A stretch of 60,887 nucleotides of DNA, filler included, from Sphacelaria rigidula (taxonomy: Eukaryota), in NCBI GenBank assembly GCA_964200075.2. It is 7 parts of 7 records of this genome, joined end to end, with 100 filler letters (N's around TTAATTAATTAA, not from the genome) between each part and the next. Parts side by side here need not be neighbours in the genome. Positions count along the whole stretch, not along the records: positions 52,277 to 60,887 come from CAXNAA020010608.1; 6 more parts are not named here. One strand, 5' to 3'. The notes below the pieces were generated by a model. The model saw only the letters and a list, made by a program, of their open reading frames with translations, made no database searches and had not been told where the DNA came from. The position numbers and the translations under genes are program-made. The number at the start of each line of letters is the position of its first letter. Position 1 is the stretch's first letter. Below, piece after piece: positions 59,700-60,887 of this stretch.

Positions 59700-60887
59700 G
59701 CCCGGGAGAGGAAGGGGAAGGGGAGGAGACATAGCGGCCCAAAGTACATGGACAAAGACCGACGCAGAAACAAAGAACAACCGAGTGAGGGAAAGTAAAA
59801 GTAAAATCGACGGAGAGAAAATAGTAGGCGGCACGAGAGCAGATAATGATTCGGAAAGGAAGTTAAGAATAGGATCGTGGAACGTGTATGGGTTCATCAC
59901 AGACAAGTGCAAAAGAGAAGAGATGGCGCAACAAGTGAGTAAGCACGACCTAGATATAGTAGTAATCTAAGAGTCATGGGAGAAAGAGGGGGCGGAAATA
60001 GGATGCAACGTTGAATAGTACGCATGGATACGGAAAAAGCGAAAAGGACAGAAGTCCAAGAGCAGGGGGGCGGGAGAGGTAGGATTCTTAGTCAAGGGAT
60101 ATCTGTTTGACAATACAGAAGTGATCGACGACACAAAATTTGATCAGAGCATATGGCTGAGGGTACCTGGAGAGCGGGGAACGAAGGACTTATTCGTAGG
60201 TTACATCTACATGCCCCCGGAATCGAAGAGTAGGGTGAACGATATACAGCGGAGGTTTTGGAGAGAGACCAGCAGATGTACACAAGCAATAAATGCAAGC
60301 AGAAGTAATGTTAGTGAGAGATTTTAATGCAAGGGTAACAAGAGCAGGCCAACCGGATGATATCATTGGGCTATACGGGGAAGATAAGAAGAATACGAAT
60401 GAGATATTTATTAATGACTTGATAATAGCTATAGAATCAGCAAAGCAAGGGGTTCAGGTGGGTGAAGATGTGATATCAGGATTGATGTTCGCGGAAGATT
60501 TCGTGGGGATTTCAGGAACACCAGAAGGCCTGCAGAAAGAGATGAACAAGGCGCTAGAATACACTAGGAAATGGAGAGTGGCAGCGAATGTTACCAAGTG
60601 CGCGGTACTCGTCTGTAACGAAGATGAGAAACATCCGGTAGAGTTCAAATAGAAGTGGGAAGAAAGGGAAGGGCCGATCGTAGATCAGTATACATACCTT
60701 GGCGTAGAGATCTCGAAAAAATGTTGTTGGGATGCACACATGAACAAAGTGATGAAAAAGGATGAGGCACAGATAGGAAGGATGGGCGTGATCCTCAGAG
60801 ACTCGCACCTAGACACTAGGATCAAGAGATGTATCCTGATGAACGTGGTCGTACCACAGCTGGAATATGCAGGAGAAGTATAGGAGG
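59700..60887 (+). mobile_element. Degenerate LINE (non-LTR retrotransposon) ORF2: AP endonuclease plus C-terminal part of RT, with an internal deletion
   Basis: IGSWNV, DIVVI*ESW, SIWL..VGYIYMPP and DFNAR (APE motifs), then IFINDL..LMFAEDFV..NVTKCAVL..YTYLGV (RT motifs); in-frame stops and frameshifts. The element may extend upstream to ~59100. Confidence 0.9.

Overview
Eukaryotic genomic DNA, most likely from a brown alga (Phaeophyceae). This is inferred from GT-AG introns, TTAGGG-type repeats, an LRGG-motif Derlin with an N-terminal targeting extension and EsV-1-7-like remnants. The window is NOT contiguous. It consists of seven size-sorted scaffolds (8613, 8613, 8613, 8613, 8612, 8612 and 8611 bp) joined by an artificial 100-bp linker (N44-TTAATTAATTAA-N44), so nothing can be inferred across linkers. 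Gene fragments recovered by manual splicing: (1) a gene for a large disordered Ser/Arg/Gly/Ala-rich protein with a 3.4-kb exon (scaffold 1, minus); (2) the last exon of RRP9/U3-55K (scaffold 2); (3) a Derlin with a bipartite-like leader (probable SELMA sDer1), head-to-head with a probable RFT1 first exon (scaffold 4); (4) six phase-consistent exons of a non-RD (HGD) Ser/Thr kinase (scaffold 6); (5) a five-exon unknown gene with an internally duplicated exon module (scaffold 7). The rest is dominated by repeats: tRNA-derived SINEs, LINE 3' ends and an internally deleted LINE, MITEs (some carrying telomeric repeats), long fold-back hairpins, short poly(C)-ended elements, minisatellites and a recent 485-bp tandem duplication. 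I found no prokaryote-type system (CRISPR, operons) and no clearly demonstrable novel multi-gene system. The most unusual leads are the poly(C)-ended mini-elements, the telomere-repeat MITEs, the exon-module gene and the non-RD kinase. All alignments were done by eye.
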